A stretch of 63,857 nt of DNA, filler included, from Collodictyon triciliatum (lineage: Eukaryota): assembly GCA_043381765.1 (NCBI GenBank). It is 4 parts of 4 records of this genome, joined end to end, with 100 filler letters (N's around TTAATTAATTAA, not from the genome) between each part and the next. Parts side by side here need not be neighbours in the genome. Positions count along the whole stretch, not along the records: positions 26,030 to 51,953 come from JBHJMP010001031.1; positions 52,054 to 60,384 come from JBHJMP010001052.1; 2 more parts are not named here. One strand, 5' to 3'. Each line of letters opens with the position of its first letter. Position 1 is the first letter of the stretch. Below are positions 41,547 to 55,345 of this stretch, piece after piece. The translations under genes and the position numbers were made by a program. The notes beneath the pieces are model-generated. The model was not told the origin of the DNA. It searched no databases and worked only from the letters and a program-made list of their open reading frames with translations.

Positions 41547-44500
41547 TCAACGACGGAGATGGATGATGCGTGTCAGACAGTATAACGTTCCCAGCAGAAA
41601 GGCACCGTAAAAAGCAAACGGAACGAAAAACAACCCCCACTTTTCATTCTCATCAGTCGGCATGTTGAACTGCTCGAGCAAGTCAGCGCCGTTGCTGATG
41701 GGGCACTCACAAGTCAGCCCGGGTAGAAGCTGCGCGCACGTAAAGTTGAGGTCGCTGACCTCGTTGATGGTGAGTGCGGCCAGTGGATACTGGATAAAGG
41801 ACATGTAGTACATCCAAATCCAATAACCCGGGATGCTGTTTCTTGGAAGCAGAAAGCCCGAAAACAGGGTTGTGGCAGTCATCAGTATGGGTGCAACGCC
41901 GTTTGCTATTTCGGCACTTGGAGACGCGGCAGCAACAAACTGGCAGAATGCAATCGCAAGAATGTTGACCATAAAGTACGTGATGACGAAAAACCCGAAG
42001 CGGCTGCCTCCGTCTCCTTGGTTGAAGCCCACCATAAAGAACATCAGCAGCACAAATATCATCATGTTCACAAAAGCATACGGTATCTCGACAATCACGC
42101 TGGCCAGAAAGTAAGAGAGTGGGCGGTAGAATCCGGCTGCGCGTTCGCGGTAGTAAACGTTGCGGTCACTGATTAGCAGCGAAATGGACGAGATAGACCC
42201 CAGGACAGCAAAAAGCATGCAAAAGAACAAGAGGCTCACGCGACTGCGAGCACCACTCTGGTTCTCTGGCAAGTCATAAAACATGGAGCCGATGATTAGG
42301 CCCATCAGAATCGAGCGCAAGTTGCGTGCACGGCGCACGAGCGGGCGACGGTAATAACTCTTGAAAGCGCGGCGCAAATTCTCGGCAATCTGCTGCCTCA
42401 AAGGCTGCGCAAACGTGGTGTCATATATTGGCGCTGTCAGTCCTGCTGGTGTTATTCCGGTGGCGAGGTGTGCTTGAAGGTCAGACATAAACCCAGAGTC
42501 AGCGAATGACTTGACAACATCAATATGCTCGTACTCGCGATGGTCGATGCCTGCGCCTGTGGCTTCCAGGATAAAGTCTGCTGGGTTCTTGAACAAAGGG
42601 CATCTGGCTCCGAGTTTTTCAAAGTAGCCTAGCACGGTGGAACATTCCTCCCCCATCGGGCCAAAGTATACCTGTTGACCGCGACCGTTCAGCAGCAAAA
42701 GCCAATCAAAGAGCTGAACTATTTCCACGCCAGGTTGATGAATGGTGCAAATAACTGACCGACCCCGATTGGCTACAGCTCGAACAAGATGCATGATACT
42801 CTCCGCAGCCCCAGAGTCAAGGCCGGACGTCGGTTCATCCAGAAATAAAAGTACTGGGTTGCTCACAAGTTCCACAGCGATGTTTAACTTCTTGCGTTGT
42901 TCGGGACTCAAGCCACAGCCTGGGGTGCCAATGACAATGTCTTGATATTCTTTCAGCCCGACCTCCTCGATAATCTCTTCAACTTTCCTTTGCTTCTTGT
43001 GGACAGACATTTCGGCCGGAAGTCTAAGCATCGCGCTGAAGGTGACAGCCTCCCACACTGTCTGTGTCTCCAAGTGGATATCTTGCTGCTCCACGTATCC
43101 GCTCATGCGTGGAAAGTACTTGTTGCGAGGCTGGCCGTTAATTAGTATTTCTCCTTCAATAATCCCTCCGGTTTTGCGGTTAGCCAGGACGTCCAAGAGT
43201 GTGCTCTTTCCTGCTCCAGACGGGCCCATCAAAGAGACGAACATACCAGGCTTGACATATCCACTGACGCCCTTCAGAATCATTTTTCGTTCCACAGGAA
43301 CTTTTTTCAGAAAATACTTACCACCAGGACAATAATCTCGAGGCTTGGGCTCTTCCAGCTGAATGTCGACCGAATAACGAATGTCTTTGAATGACATGTA
43401 AGCGCCGCTGCTTGACGAGGTAGAGCCATATTTGTGGTCGCGTCCAAGGAGCCCTTCATTGGTCCCAAGCTTATCCTCCTTGTTAAAGGAACTAAACTTT
43501 AAACCTATCGAGCCGCTTTGTGCCGCGCGTGAAGAACGCCTCAAAGACGGAGAGGAGAAAGGCGACCTTGAAGTCTTTTGCGTCAAACTGTCGGAGCGCT
43601 GGCGCCCCGTGGCATTCACATCCTTCTTTTTTCCAAAAGACAATGTCGTGTTACTTCCATCAAGGGTAACGTTAGGGCGCAGATAGAGCAGCACGTAGTA
43701 GGTAACTGTCGTCATGATTCCAAATAACAAAAAAACCATCGACAAGTAAAAATGCTTTTTACTCTCATCTTCTGTTTCCATGTCATATTTAGAAAGCATT
43801 TTTTTTCCATTCTGTATTGGGCATTTCCTGGTTCCGTCGTTGCAACTGACTTCTTCATCATAAGTGCAAGTCACATCACCCAGCTGAAAAAACTCATTAA
43901 CGGCCAAACCCTGCACATAAAAAAAAGGATGTTTGAAATTTTTCTGTTTACAAATGTAACAGCGTAAAGTAATCTACAAACAATACCAAGTACGAATGTC
44001 TCTTTATTAACAACAGACGAAAGGAAGGTTTACCTCGAAGCCATAGCGAAACATGGAGATGTGGTACAGCCAAATCCAGTAATCAGGGATATCACCTTGG
44101 GGTAAAAGGTAGCCGGTCATAAGAAACATCAGCGCAAGCCCAGTCGGGGCAAGTGCATTTGCCACCAATAAAGTTGGTGACAGGGCAGACACCATGCGAC
44201 AGAAGGCATTTGATGCAAGCTTTACAGAGAACATCTGAGCAACAAAAAACACAAAAGCTCCGGAAGAGTCTCTCAGTCCGACCATGTAATAGACTATGCA
44301 CGCAAAAAGTAAAATCTCCAACAAAGCAATTGGAACCTCAAAGGTCAGAGTTGATAGCAAGTATGCTTTAGTGCGGAAGTAATAAGTGCTCCTTTGGTGA
44401 TAAAATACTTCTCTCTCCTCCAACAGCGGCGGAATGGCCTGCAGCGCACCCATACCTGAGAATGCCAGGCAGAAGAAAATGAGACCAACGCGATTCTCAG

Positions 44501-46258
44501 TGTCTGTATAGTTAATGTCTAGGTTGAAAAAGAGCGTTCCCAAGAGCAATCCAATAATCACGCTACGCACAAGGCGGGTGCGAATAATCTTGGCGTCACG
44601 AGCCATTATGGTGCGCGTCCGCTTACAAAGCTCGATATATTGCCTCCACGTCGGAACGGCGTACTTTGCATCGTAATCGACTGGGACGAACGGTGCATCT
44701 TTTGGGGCAACACCTTTCCAAAGAACTTTCCCCAGATTCTCAAAGTGAATGGATTCTCTGAAACTGTCTACAAGGTCACTAGACGTCTTGACCATTCGGA
44801 GTTCCTGTCCAGGTGATATTTCCAAGTATTTTGTCGGAATTTCGGTGATTTCTTCTGAAAGGTCAAAGGATATGGGGATAAATAAGGATGGTTCAGGATG
44901 TTTCACATATTTCCTCTATTGAATAATGCTTGTATATTAATTAATTCATTCATTACGGAGAAACTCGGCAGGGTTTTTCATCGCGGGACAGCGCAGTCCC
45001 AAACCTCCAAAATAGTTCAAGGCATCTTTGCTCGGTCCAAAATATGTCAGCTCGCCGTGACTCAAAAGCAGCAGGGTGTCAAAAAGGTTGAAAAGCTCGA
45101 CACTAGCCTGAAGTAAAGAACAGATGACACCAACACCCGACTCCGCCAGGTTCTTTGTAGCCTTAATTACCTATTTTGATAACGTACGATGTTATTGTCT
45201 AACTTACATAATAGAAAAAGTGCTACTCAAAATATGGTTCACAGGATGGGCATGCTAGGATATAAAATTTTAAATTATATTGCTCACATCATAGGCCGCA
45301 GCAGAGTCCAAACCAGTGGAAGGCTCGTCCAGAAAGAGGATTTGACGATTCAAGACAGCCTCCACACCAATTGTGACACGTTTTTTTTCACCTCCAGAAA
45401 CGCCCCGAAGCATGGTGTTCCCAACGATGCTGTCTGCGACATGAGTGAGGCCAACCATCTTAAGAGTCTTTTCTACCTGTTTATTTTGTGGTAAAATAAA
45501 AATAACTGGGTATGTAGCGGCTCATTAAATAAAGGAAGAGATAGAAAACAACAAACAAAAAAAAAACAAAAAAAGAAGTATACTCTGCGGTCTTTCTCCT
45601 CTTCGCTAATGGATGCCCTTAATCGCATGGCAGCACTGAACCGCAAGGTCTCTCGAACAGTCAGAGTTGCTGAGATCAGTTCAATCAATGAATATGAATA
45701 GATAATACAACTTCACGAGGTAATTCAGTGACCACAGAATCATAAAAGGTATATATAAAGCTCACGGATATGAATATCCCTTTGGGTCACATAGCCAGCA
45801 ATTTGGTTGAAGCAACGGTCTCTTGGTTTTCTATTCACCAATATCTCGCCTGTAAAGTCCCCGTAGCTTCGTGTTCCTGCAAGGATGTCAAAGAGGGTTG
45901 TTTTTCCCGAGCCAGGGTGTCCAACAATCATAATCATCATCCCGGGCTGCGCGGTATACCCGTTAGCATCATGAAATGATAATGACAGGAAGAAATGCCA
46001 CGCAAAAAAATATGAAAATACCACTAACCGCTTGGTTTTCTGAACGAAGAATAAACTCGTGATAATCAAATTTGAGGCGCGAGTATAGAAAACAAATACA
46101 AACGATCAGGCGGAATTCGAATTAAGACTCACTTTCAGGTATCCTGACACGTCCTTGACAATATGATTCCCTTTGATCGAGTAGTGGACATTTCGGAAAG
46201 ACAGGTATGCGCCTTCGAGGACACTCTCCTGTTTATGTGACTCTCCTTGTATCTGCAT
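41547..46258 (-). CDS. Full-size ABCG/PDR-type transporter (NBD-TMD-NBD-TMD), 7 exons
   Basis: NBD1 GHPGSGKTT, VSGGEKKRVTIG, LFLDEPSTGLD; NBD2 GPSGAGKST, LSPEQRKK, LFLDEPTSGLD, CTIHQP; two ABC2 membrane domains with IPxYWIWxY motifs. Confidence 0.96.
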
Positions 46259-46860
46259 CGGGGCGCAAAGCGAACTTCTTCGATCGGTTGTAGCCCTACA
46301 AAAGTCCTTAGAACCGGACGAAGAACCGGACGTAGCGAAGCAGAACGAAGGCGGAAACAAAAAAGACAGAAAAAAAACCAAAGAACAAGTGCAAGTGAGA
46401 AGGAAAGAAAATGAAATGGCTCGGTCAAATCCCATGCCCTTGGGCTGACTCTGGGCTTGAGTGAAAGCGCGCCAGTAATTCGACAGTGATGAACCAGCGT
46501 CGTGACTTTGAGTACTTGCACTATCCCTCTGAATGTACGACCACCTTGTAACAACGCTTGTTCAACGCAGAGGGAAAACGCAGCCTTCCTTGGCGGCTCA
46601 ACAACGCATGAGTCTGACATCCTGAAAAAAATAAAGGTGATGCGTTCGCTGAGCCCAATTCCCGCGACTGCACAAGGTTGTCACATTCCAACACGCTGGC
46701 TTCCACATTTGTTTATGCAACATTCCCATTGATTTCGTGAATGTCCCATTATGGGTGAGTGCTATGTCAACATGCTGCAGAATGTTTCAAGGAATTTGAC
46801 CTTTATTGGAATTACGCCCAAGGGTGGAAAGAGAGACAGCCGTGCCATCTTTCGCTGCAA

Positions 46861-49800
46861 TCACTGCCCAGACATCACATAGCCGTCGCTGGTGTGCGAG
46901 TTCAAGCCCTCGGTCACAAAGCGCTCGGACGGAGTCACGGCCTGGGGCATGATGTGATCAGGAACACAGAGAATGCCAGGCAGCTCCGATATGAGGACCT
47001 TTTGATTCAAAATAGAGGAAAATAAGGCCATTAAGTAGGAACGTACATCTTACTGCCTCGGCGTTGTGTTTCGTGGGCACCAGCCAGAGCGAGATAATGC
47101 AAATATCGAAACACCCAAAAAAAAAATATTCGTCTATCCTACCTTGGCATACTTGAAGTCATCGCAAAGCATATGCTCCTGCATCTCGCTCAGAGCCGGG
47201 TGCGAATACAGTTCACCTGTGGGTGACGTTGGGCTACTTATTTCTTTCTTTTTTAATCACATCTCAAGAGAAATGTATTTGAAATTGTTGATAGATTGAC
47301 CACATATTATCAAAACGATCCTTTTTTTTCTTGCTGACCAGCGGAGTAAATGAAATGCGGATTCGCGTGTGTGTTGATTGAGTCATAAAATTTGTGGGCC
47401 ATTACGGTTGTAGGAGCGCAGATTGGCCATGTGAACCGCTTCGTTGAGGGGAAGGTGCTGCCAGTTCTGATAGAACACACGCTCCATGTAAAAGTAAAAC
47501 ACAATCGTCAAGACCAGGAGCGGAAACATCAGCGGTGTCTGCTCCACTAGCATGCATCGTTGATTATTTCAGTCTCTCAATTACGCTCTGATGTTGTCTC
47601 TATTTAATTTCGATCATGCCATCTCTTTCGTCTTCTTATAAACGCACATAAAAAAAAAATTATTGATTGGATACGATGGAATGTTCTCTGTAGAAACAAC
47701 GAACAGGGCCGTGCATAGTGCTAAAAACCTGCAAGCTTGATGGAAAAGTAGCCTGTGAGTGTGGCCTGATAAACAAGCAAAGCAAATACAAGCCTGCGTG
47801 TGGCTATGGGCCAATACTCTCCTTTTGTGTCACAGCGATCGACTGTCAAGAAGATAATCTGCGCATTGTTCATCAGTGTAAGTTTGGTTGTTTTCAAGCG
47901 TTTTTGAGATGGAACATAAAACACATGGATAGATATGGGATGCAGAAAAGGATTAGTTTGAATGCAAAAATAGCCTTACTTTGTAACCTTGGACGATGTA
48001 CGAAACAACGAAAAAGAAAAAGGCTATTGGAATCACAATGGGGGCAATTGTGGAGTACGTCAGGCTAATCAGCAGAATCAGAAGAAGCTGAGGATAAACC
48101 AATCCCAAGCTGTTTAGTGTCGGCGAGACCTTGAGAAAATGAAAAAGCGGTGATTATGGAAACACACAGGAACCACATTACATATGCATTCTTTTCAGGA
48201 GAAAAAATAAACAAATGATTGTTTAGTAAATTACACACTGGAAGCATATCCAAAGCAAACAAGTAAAAAAATAAAATAAAATATATGGGGCAAGTATTAC
48301 TGCATTTTCCTTCTGCTTTTCTGTCTTGTTGCTATATTTTTGTATGAAATAGTACTGCAGGAGTGGTCCGATGCGTAAAAGGGACATCGGTAATGAAACA
48401 AGAGCTTGGAATAGGATGTAGACCATGAAAAAGTTTGATATCTATTTGGTGACTCGATGTGTATTAGTGTCGGCCGTTCGCTTCTCAAAAAAAGATGGGT
48501 ATTTTCCATCAAGCGTGCACACATAAAGAGATGGCCTCAAACAGAATAGATGTAAAAAACAAAAAACAAAAAACAAAAAACAAAAAACAAAAAACAAAAA
48601 AAAATAGCTTGGCGAGATGAGGCCAATATTGGTATTTGTTCCGTATACTCACCTTTGGGAGGGATTCACCCAGTGAGTCGATAATGCTGGTTGGGGAGTC
48701 AATAATGTCTGACAGGGAGTCGAAGATGCTTCCAGCAATAGTAGACACGAAAAACACATTGAAAATTTGTAATCCATAAAACTTTTTAAGCTGTGGATAA
48801 AACAAAAAAGCTATTACTTTATGGGAATCTCATCGGTGAAAGTGAGCAAGCAAAAATAAAATAATTGACGCTGTAGTTTATGAGAAAAGGATAAATCCTG
48901 CATCGTACCAGGCCGATTTCTAATTCTGTATATGTGAATGCCCCTTGGAATTTGGATAAAACTGAAGGGTGATGTAAATTAAATCATTAGTAGGAACCTC
49001 TAAATTTTAGTAAGTGAATGATTGAGTGTTGGAAGCATCACCAAGGGAACCAAATCTAGCGTAAAGTCATGAAAGTTGTAGAGAGACAAGGAGATGATAT
49101 TTCGAAGGGAGCGAAAGTTGGATTACTGCGCACATTTCAAAAATATTGGCGTGAAGATATCGAAAGCGATGAGCAGAATAGTTGGTAAAAGTCCTTCGAT
49201 AAAAGCACGCAGTAGTTTGTACTTTACTATCTCTGCAAGAAAATCCGCTTTTTCAGACAAGGAGTCTGCGTTCGACAAAGCGATGATGAAAGAGATGGGC
49301 ACGGCATAGAACACGACGAAAAAGAATGTCACAGTCTGTAAAGATATGAGGACATGGATAAAAGTGGTCAATTAATATATGGTAAGGACTCTAGTAAAAA
49401 GGTAGAATGCTCAACGATTATTTTCTGTGTAGGAGTTGGTTTAAGGAAGATAAGACAACGTCAGATTGAAAAAAAATACAAACCTCTCCCACTAAAATAC
49501 GAAATTGTTTTTCATATTGGGATATATTCATATTTTCCCAATACACGTCACTAGAACTTGGGGCAGAGGAGACCATCCACGAAAAAGGGTCCGCATGATG
49601 GATCGATTGACAGGAAACAATGCGAGACCGGGCATCTCTGAATATTTTTTTTTAGATGTGTTGGTCATGTATAGTAATACCAGAAAAGGATTAAATGAAT
49701 TAGCAAGAAGTGCTGAAATAACCGCTTGGGGTTGGTTGAATGATACTCTCGATGTTTTTTCCATATTTTTTTTAAACAAGTGCGATGTTGTATGAGCTCA

Positions 49801-51826
49801 ATTCCGGTAAACATACTGAAACGTGACAAAGGCCGAGCCAGATTCCGCTGGTTTGAAAGAATTGGCCTCGCGAAGTGAGGATATGCGCTCTCCGATGCAG
49901 GATATCTGCTCTTGAAAATGGGAGACGGCATCCACGACATTTCCAAACAGCCCAAGAAAGCCCAGTTTCACAGTTGCCGGCTCGTTCTTTCGGTTCGAGT
50001 CGCTGACAGCCTCGTCCAACTTCCTAAAACATCAATGCGCAGAATAAAATAAAATAAAAAAAGAGGTTCCTGAAAATATGTACTTATTTGACACTGCTAC
50101 TTTGGTTTGTAAATTTAATCGTTTGAATTGAAAACGCACTCGATATGCTCCACTCGTTTTCGGATTAAATCTGGCAGTTCGGGAATGTGCTGGACAACTT
50201 TGGCCCTGTTTACAGTATGAGTATGCGATATTAAACTCTACAGAGAGGAATGTCCTGATCAAGCATCATGAACATAAAGAAAATATTGACAGAAACCAAA
50301 GCAAATGTATCTTTCTTTTGGTGTGATTGCCACAACCAATCCCTTCAAGCGTGTTTTTTTTTTTAACTTGCAAAATTCCATATTAAAAATTCATAAGAAT
50401 GTATACATTCTTTTCCTTTATCGTACTAACCGTTCAATTTTTCCAGGGTGAATCGCGTCGAAAAATGCAAAAACATTTTGGTCAGTTCTCATTTCTGGTG
50501 GGATTCCCTAGCCATCCGATCATTTGAAAATAGTTTTTATAAGAAATTTAGAGTGACATAAATACCAAATGCATACTATTTGATGCGATGACGAATTGTT
50601 GGCCGAAACATATTATTAACTTTATTGATACAATCAACCGAAGGGTGGAAATGAGTTTTGGAGGTATTATTTCAATTTTGTCAGGAAAACATTCCAAACA
50701 ATTTTTATGAGCAGAGTATATATAATTATTACCTGAACCATCGCAGTGTACGTCTCCAGTTCGCTGTTTTTCATGTGTTCGATACGTATTTGCTGTGCCT
50801 GGATATATGAGGCAGTCGTGATATAAGAAGACATGATGATGTATATGATTTCGAAGGAGAAAATAGCGCAAATATCTAATATGACAAGGAGTCATCCTCA
50901 CAGCAGGAAGAAAATAAACTGCGAGATGGATTTAAAATTGTCATAAAGTATCGCAAAGCCCAGAAATATCATAAAAACCTGACGGGTAAACTTCACGACG
51001 AGATAAAATGCCACAAGTGTGTAGACATACGCGGAGATCAAATGCGCCCAGATGAAACCTATGAATGAAAGGATATTGATTCAAGTTGCAATAGTGATAA
51101 GTCAATCTCGGGCTGTTGAATGTAATGACTTCTTTTCTTTTCTTTTTTTTGGGAAAAATGTTTATAATAGTAAAAGTTAAACTTAAAGGATAATTGTAAG
51201 ATAACACAATGGGTATGAACATCAACCAAAGGACGATGCACTCACTTGAGCCTTGCTCTATATTGGACATGGATATCATATCGAGCCCCTCCAAATTCTG
51301 TTCACCGGATGCGTTGATGGGGATTAGAACAATCAGGCCATAAAAGCCAAACCCCACAAACATCCAGAGAATCAGCTTAATGAAGAGCAGAAGGAAGTAT
51401 CCGTCTACACCAGTTATCTCTACAAGTGCATTCTGCGGGAGAGACAGGATGCGATATAAGAGAAAGTCGTATTCCTGGTCGTGGTTCCTGTGTTGACCGT
51501 GTTGATAAGTGATGAAAAGAAAAAGAAAAAGAAAAAGAAAAGAAAAAGAAAAAGAAAAAGAAAAAGAAAAGAAAAGAAAAGAAAAAGAAAAGAAAAGAAA
51601 AAACAGGAAACGGGAAATGAAAAATGAAAAAAGAGAAAAAGATAAAGAAAAAGAAAAAGAAAAGGAAAAAACAGGGGTGTAACAAAAGTTCTCACGGGAG
51701 TTGCGTTTGGCGTGGGTTGAACACAGGAGGGAATTGCTTCCGGATCACAAGAAAGGCGCCCAGAATAACGATGCATATTATTGCCTCCAGAATGAAAGTG
51801 TAGAGCAGCGAGGAGTCTTGCGACAT
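46861..51826 (-). CDS. OSCA/TMEM63 (CSC1-like) mechano-/osmosensitive cation channel, about 14 exons
   Basis: GVDGYFLLLFIKL...LIPIN; IWAHLISAYVYT; AFVTFQ; APSSSDVYWENM; FNVFFVSTIAGS; LGESLPKISNFFMVYI; YSTIAPIVIP; GEYWP; C-terminal YSHPAL. The ATG at 51826 may be preceded by an intron. Confidence 0.92.
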
Positions 51827-51874
51827 TCTTTCCTGCAAATGAAAGTGGGTAAGACTATTCTCTTTGTGTGTTTT

Positions 51875-51875
<1 letters not shown>

Positions 51876-51953
<78 letters not shown>

Positions 51954-52053
51954 NNNNNNNNNNNNNNNNNNNNNNNNNNNNNNNNNNNNNNNNNNNNTTA
52001 ATTAATTAANNNNNNNNNNNNNNNNNNNNNNNNNNNNNNNNNNNNNNNNNNNN
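51876..52053. other. Poly(T) contig end and artificial scaffold spacer (51954-52053)
   Basis: 44 N + TTAATTAATTAA + 44 N. Confidence 0.95.
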
Positions 52054-52199
52054 AAGGGAGTGCGCATTCGTCCTCAATTGGATTTTTCTGGCGGGTTTTT
52101 TTTGTCACCCCCCCCCCCCTTTTTTTTTTTTTCCTTTTTTTTTTTCCCCCCCCCCCCCCCGTCTTTTTTTTCCTTTCCCTTTTAAATTACTGCTATTAG

Positions 52200-53172
52200 A
52201 TGTCTTTTGACCAGCTCGAAGTAGAGCTCGACAATATCCTGAAAGACTTGGTGGGGTAGGCAGAATCGATTAAAATTTTACAATCCAATCCTCAACAACT
52301 TCATTCATCCCTACATGTTAAATATTTTTGTCTGCACCTTCATCCCTTTTTTTTGTCGAAATAATAGTCAAATCTCCTTTCTATTGCAGTGCGTCACCGG
52401 CTCAGCTGAAGAAAGCGCTCGAAGGTTTGTAATAAATAAATAACACCAAATGATCGTTCTTATATTAAGCTTTCCCAACCTTCTAAAGGCTTTATTCTGA
52501 TTCAAAAAATCACGTCATATCTTACCAACAGAGGCTAAAACTGCTCTGGAATCAGCCCCAAAGAGCCCTACTTCACACAATATAACAGGCAGTGACTCAC
52601 AATCCAAAGTCCATGTGAAACCCGTCATTCGTGCAGCTCCTCACCGAAGTAGCGAAGCTCGCCAATCAATATCTCTTAGCAGCTCTCCATTAATGACCTC
52701 TGGTGATTCGCTCGAAGTAGAAAAAAGGGAAGGCTCAACTCCAGCCTCGCCGTCATCGTCATCTTCATCGTTATTATCATCTCCCCCACCTCCACCTCCA
52801 CCACCACCTCCAGGAATGATGGGAGGTCCTCCGCCTCCGCCGCCACCTCCTGGAATGATGGGATGTCCTCCGCCTCCGCCACCACCTCCTGGAATGATGG
52901 GAGGTCCTCCGCCTCCGCCGCCACCTCCTGGAATGATGGGAGGTCCACCACCACCACCTCCACCTCCCGGAATGATGGGAGGTCCTCCGCCGCCTCCTGG
53001 AATGATACCTGGCCCTCCTGCACCGCTCACATCTGGTAGTTTACCAAGCCTTTCCTCGCCATTTTTTTTCAGGAAAATATTTTTTCATCTGTCTGTGGTA
53101 ATTTTCTCTGCAATATATCTTTATTATATTTTCTTCTTCTTCTTGTTCTTCTTCTTCTTCTTCTTCTTCTTC

Positions 53173-53245
<73 letters not shown>

Positions 53246-55202
53246 CATTATTATCATTATTATCATTATTATCATTATTATCATTATTATCATTATTATC
53301 ATTATCATTTCCTATCTTTTTATTCTTGTTCTATCTGATCAACTGATTACCCTATGAAATTATGTTGGTGGACCTCTGCATATATGTCCAGCAAAATCAG
53401 GTTCTTATCATCTAGACAATACTTATTTTCGATCTTAAATATATGCATTTGCTCTTTATTTTATTCTGAATATCCATGCATCAGATTTATCTATTTGAAC
53501 GAACAAACCCATGAAGAGAAAAGTTGCCTCAATTATGATTTAGTCTATTTGGTTTATTTTTTCCTCTTCATTTTTTTTTCAATATTCCTTCTTGTCTATT
53601 TGGTTTCTATTTTTCCACCCGGCTTCTTACCATTATTTTTTTCCTGAATATTAATGTATATCCTTCTTGTGTACTTTCTTATCAAAATGTCAGCCAAATA
53701 TATTGGAAAACCTCAAATGCCCATGAAACCTATGCACTGGACAAAGATACCCGCAAGTAAATATCATATCGATCCGATTATTAAACTTATTTAATTTCCC
53801 CTTGTTTTAAGACATCGAAAAGTCAACCGTTCATTTTCAGTCGAACTTCATTTCTCACCATTCCCCCTATTTTTCTCTCGCTTTTTGCTCTGCAGTGACT
53901 GCCTCCAAAACTCTCTGGAAGAGTCTATCTGACCATGTACAATATTATTTTAGGGCATTTGAAAAAAAAAAAACTCAAATTTTATTATTTTCTATTTCAT
54001 TTCCTTTTTTTTTTGTTGTTGTGTTTTTCTCTTTTAATTTTATTATTCAAAATTTTATTCAATTTATTTTTTTTACGGTTTAGCTAACGGGTATGCATTT
54101 GTAGAATGTGAACTTGGAAGTAGACTCCTTGATGAACTTATTCCGGGCAAAGGCTCCTGCTGTCCCAGCGTCGAATACCCCAAAAGAGGCCCCAAAGAAA
54201 CAGGTACAAAAAAGCTTATATTCTAATTCAACTTATTGTCGCAATACGAAAACTCAAGTTTTGGATAGTTTCTTCAAGCATGTATCTCACTCTTGGGTTC
54301 ATAAGGTTGTGAACTTGTTAGATTCCAAACGGTCGAACAATGCAAACATTGTAATCCAACATATAAAATTAGAGGCAAAGACAATTAAAGGTAATTTCAC
54401 ATTACTATTTTTCATTCATATTCAAATACATTTATAAGGAAAACCCTTTATACTCATTTTTAAATAATACTTGAAATATGGCTTAAGACTAATGATGTCT
54501 TTACTTCAGAATCGCTGCTTGGTATGCAGGAGGGTATCTTGACTGAAGAAAATATCAAAGGACTTCTCGATATATCTCCTACAGAGGAGGAGAATAAGGC
54601 TCTGACATCCTACACCGGTGCCTACATTCTCAACATCCTAACATCTCTCCTTGCTCAGTCTGTAAAAATTCAAACTCCGGTTTGATGATTTTTCTTTTGA
54701 AAATCAAGGTGCGATCGAAAATCTTGGCAAAGCAGAACAGTTTTTAATGGAGATTATATCCATTCCATTCGTCAACTTGCGATTGAATGGTTCGAATATT
54801 ATTAATTGTCAAACTGATATGTGCTTGGAGGAAGCTGCATTCTAAACCTCAATTCTAATCATGTCTTCATTTATTTCGAAACCAAACTAAGATATAATAA
54901 TCTAAAACAGCCTACTATTTCCGACTTACGGCACCAGACAAGATAGCCGAACTACGACAGTCTGTCGAAATAATGACGAAGGGTTCGTTCGGCTCATTAT
55001 GAATATAGTTTGCTTACACGCTCCTCTTCTGCTTTTATCCAACCTTTTTTTCTGTCTTATTGCTTAAAAGTTGCCCAATCTAAAAGAACCCCTTTCTTTA
55101 TTCATCCAATGTAATATCCGCTAGCATGCAATGAGGCGAAAAACAGCAAACAATTCTTTCGCATACTTGAAATTACTCTGGCTATAGGCAACTTCGTGAA
55201 TG
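52200..55202 (+). CDS. Formin (FH1 plus partial FH2); 3' end lost in a gap, 5' end possibly incomplete
   Basis: Poly-proline FH1 repeats (PPPPPPPPGMMGG), then FH2 motifs MKPMHWTKIP, TLWK, LLDSKRSNNANI, LGKAEQFLMEI, ILEITLAIGNFVNG. Confidence 0.93.
52783..53010 (+). repeat. Coding tandem repeat, about 5 copies of a ~39-nt unit (P8-GMMGG), the formin FH1
   Basis: Repeated CCTCC..GGAATGATGGGA units read directly. Confidence 0.9.
53130..53308. repeat. Compound microsatellite (TTC)n(TTA)n(TCATTATTA)n in a formin intron
   Basis: Read directly. Confidence 0.9.
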
Positions 55203-55345
55203 GTCTCTCTCTCTCTCTCTCTCTCTCTCTCNNNNNNNNNNNNNNNNNNNNNNNNNNNNNNNNNNNNNNNNNNNNNNNNNNNNNNNNNNNNNNNNNNNNN
55301 NNNNNNNNNNNNNNNNNNNNNNNNNNNNNNNNNNNNNNNNNNNNN

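Noticed and set aside
53752..53760. Possible GC donor in formin (CCC|GCAAGT)
   Set aside because: The adjacent GTAAAT donor gives the correct phase for the next exon.
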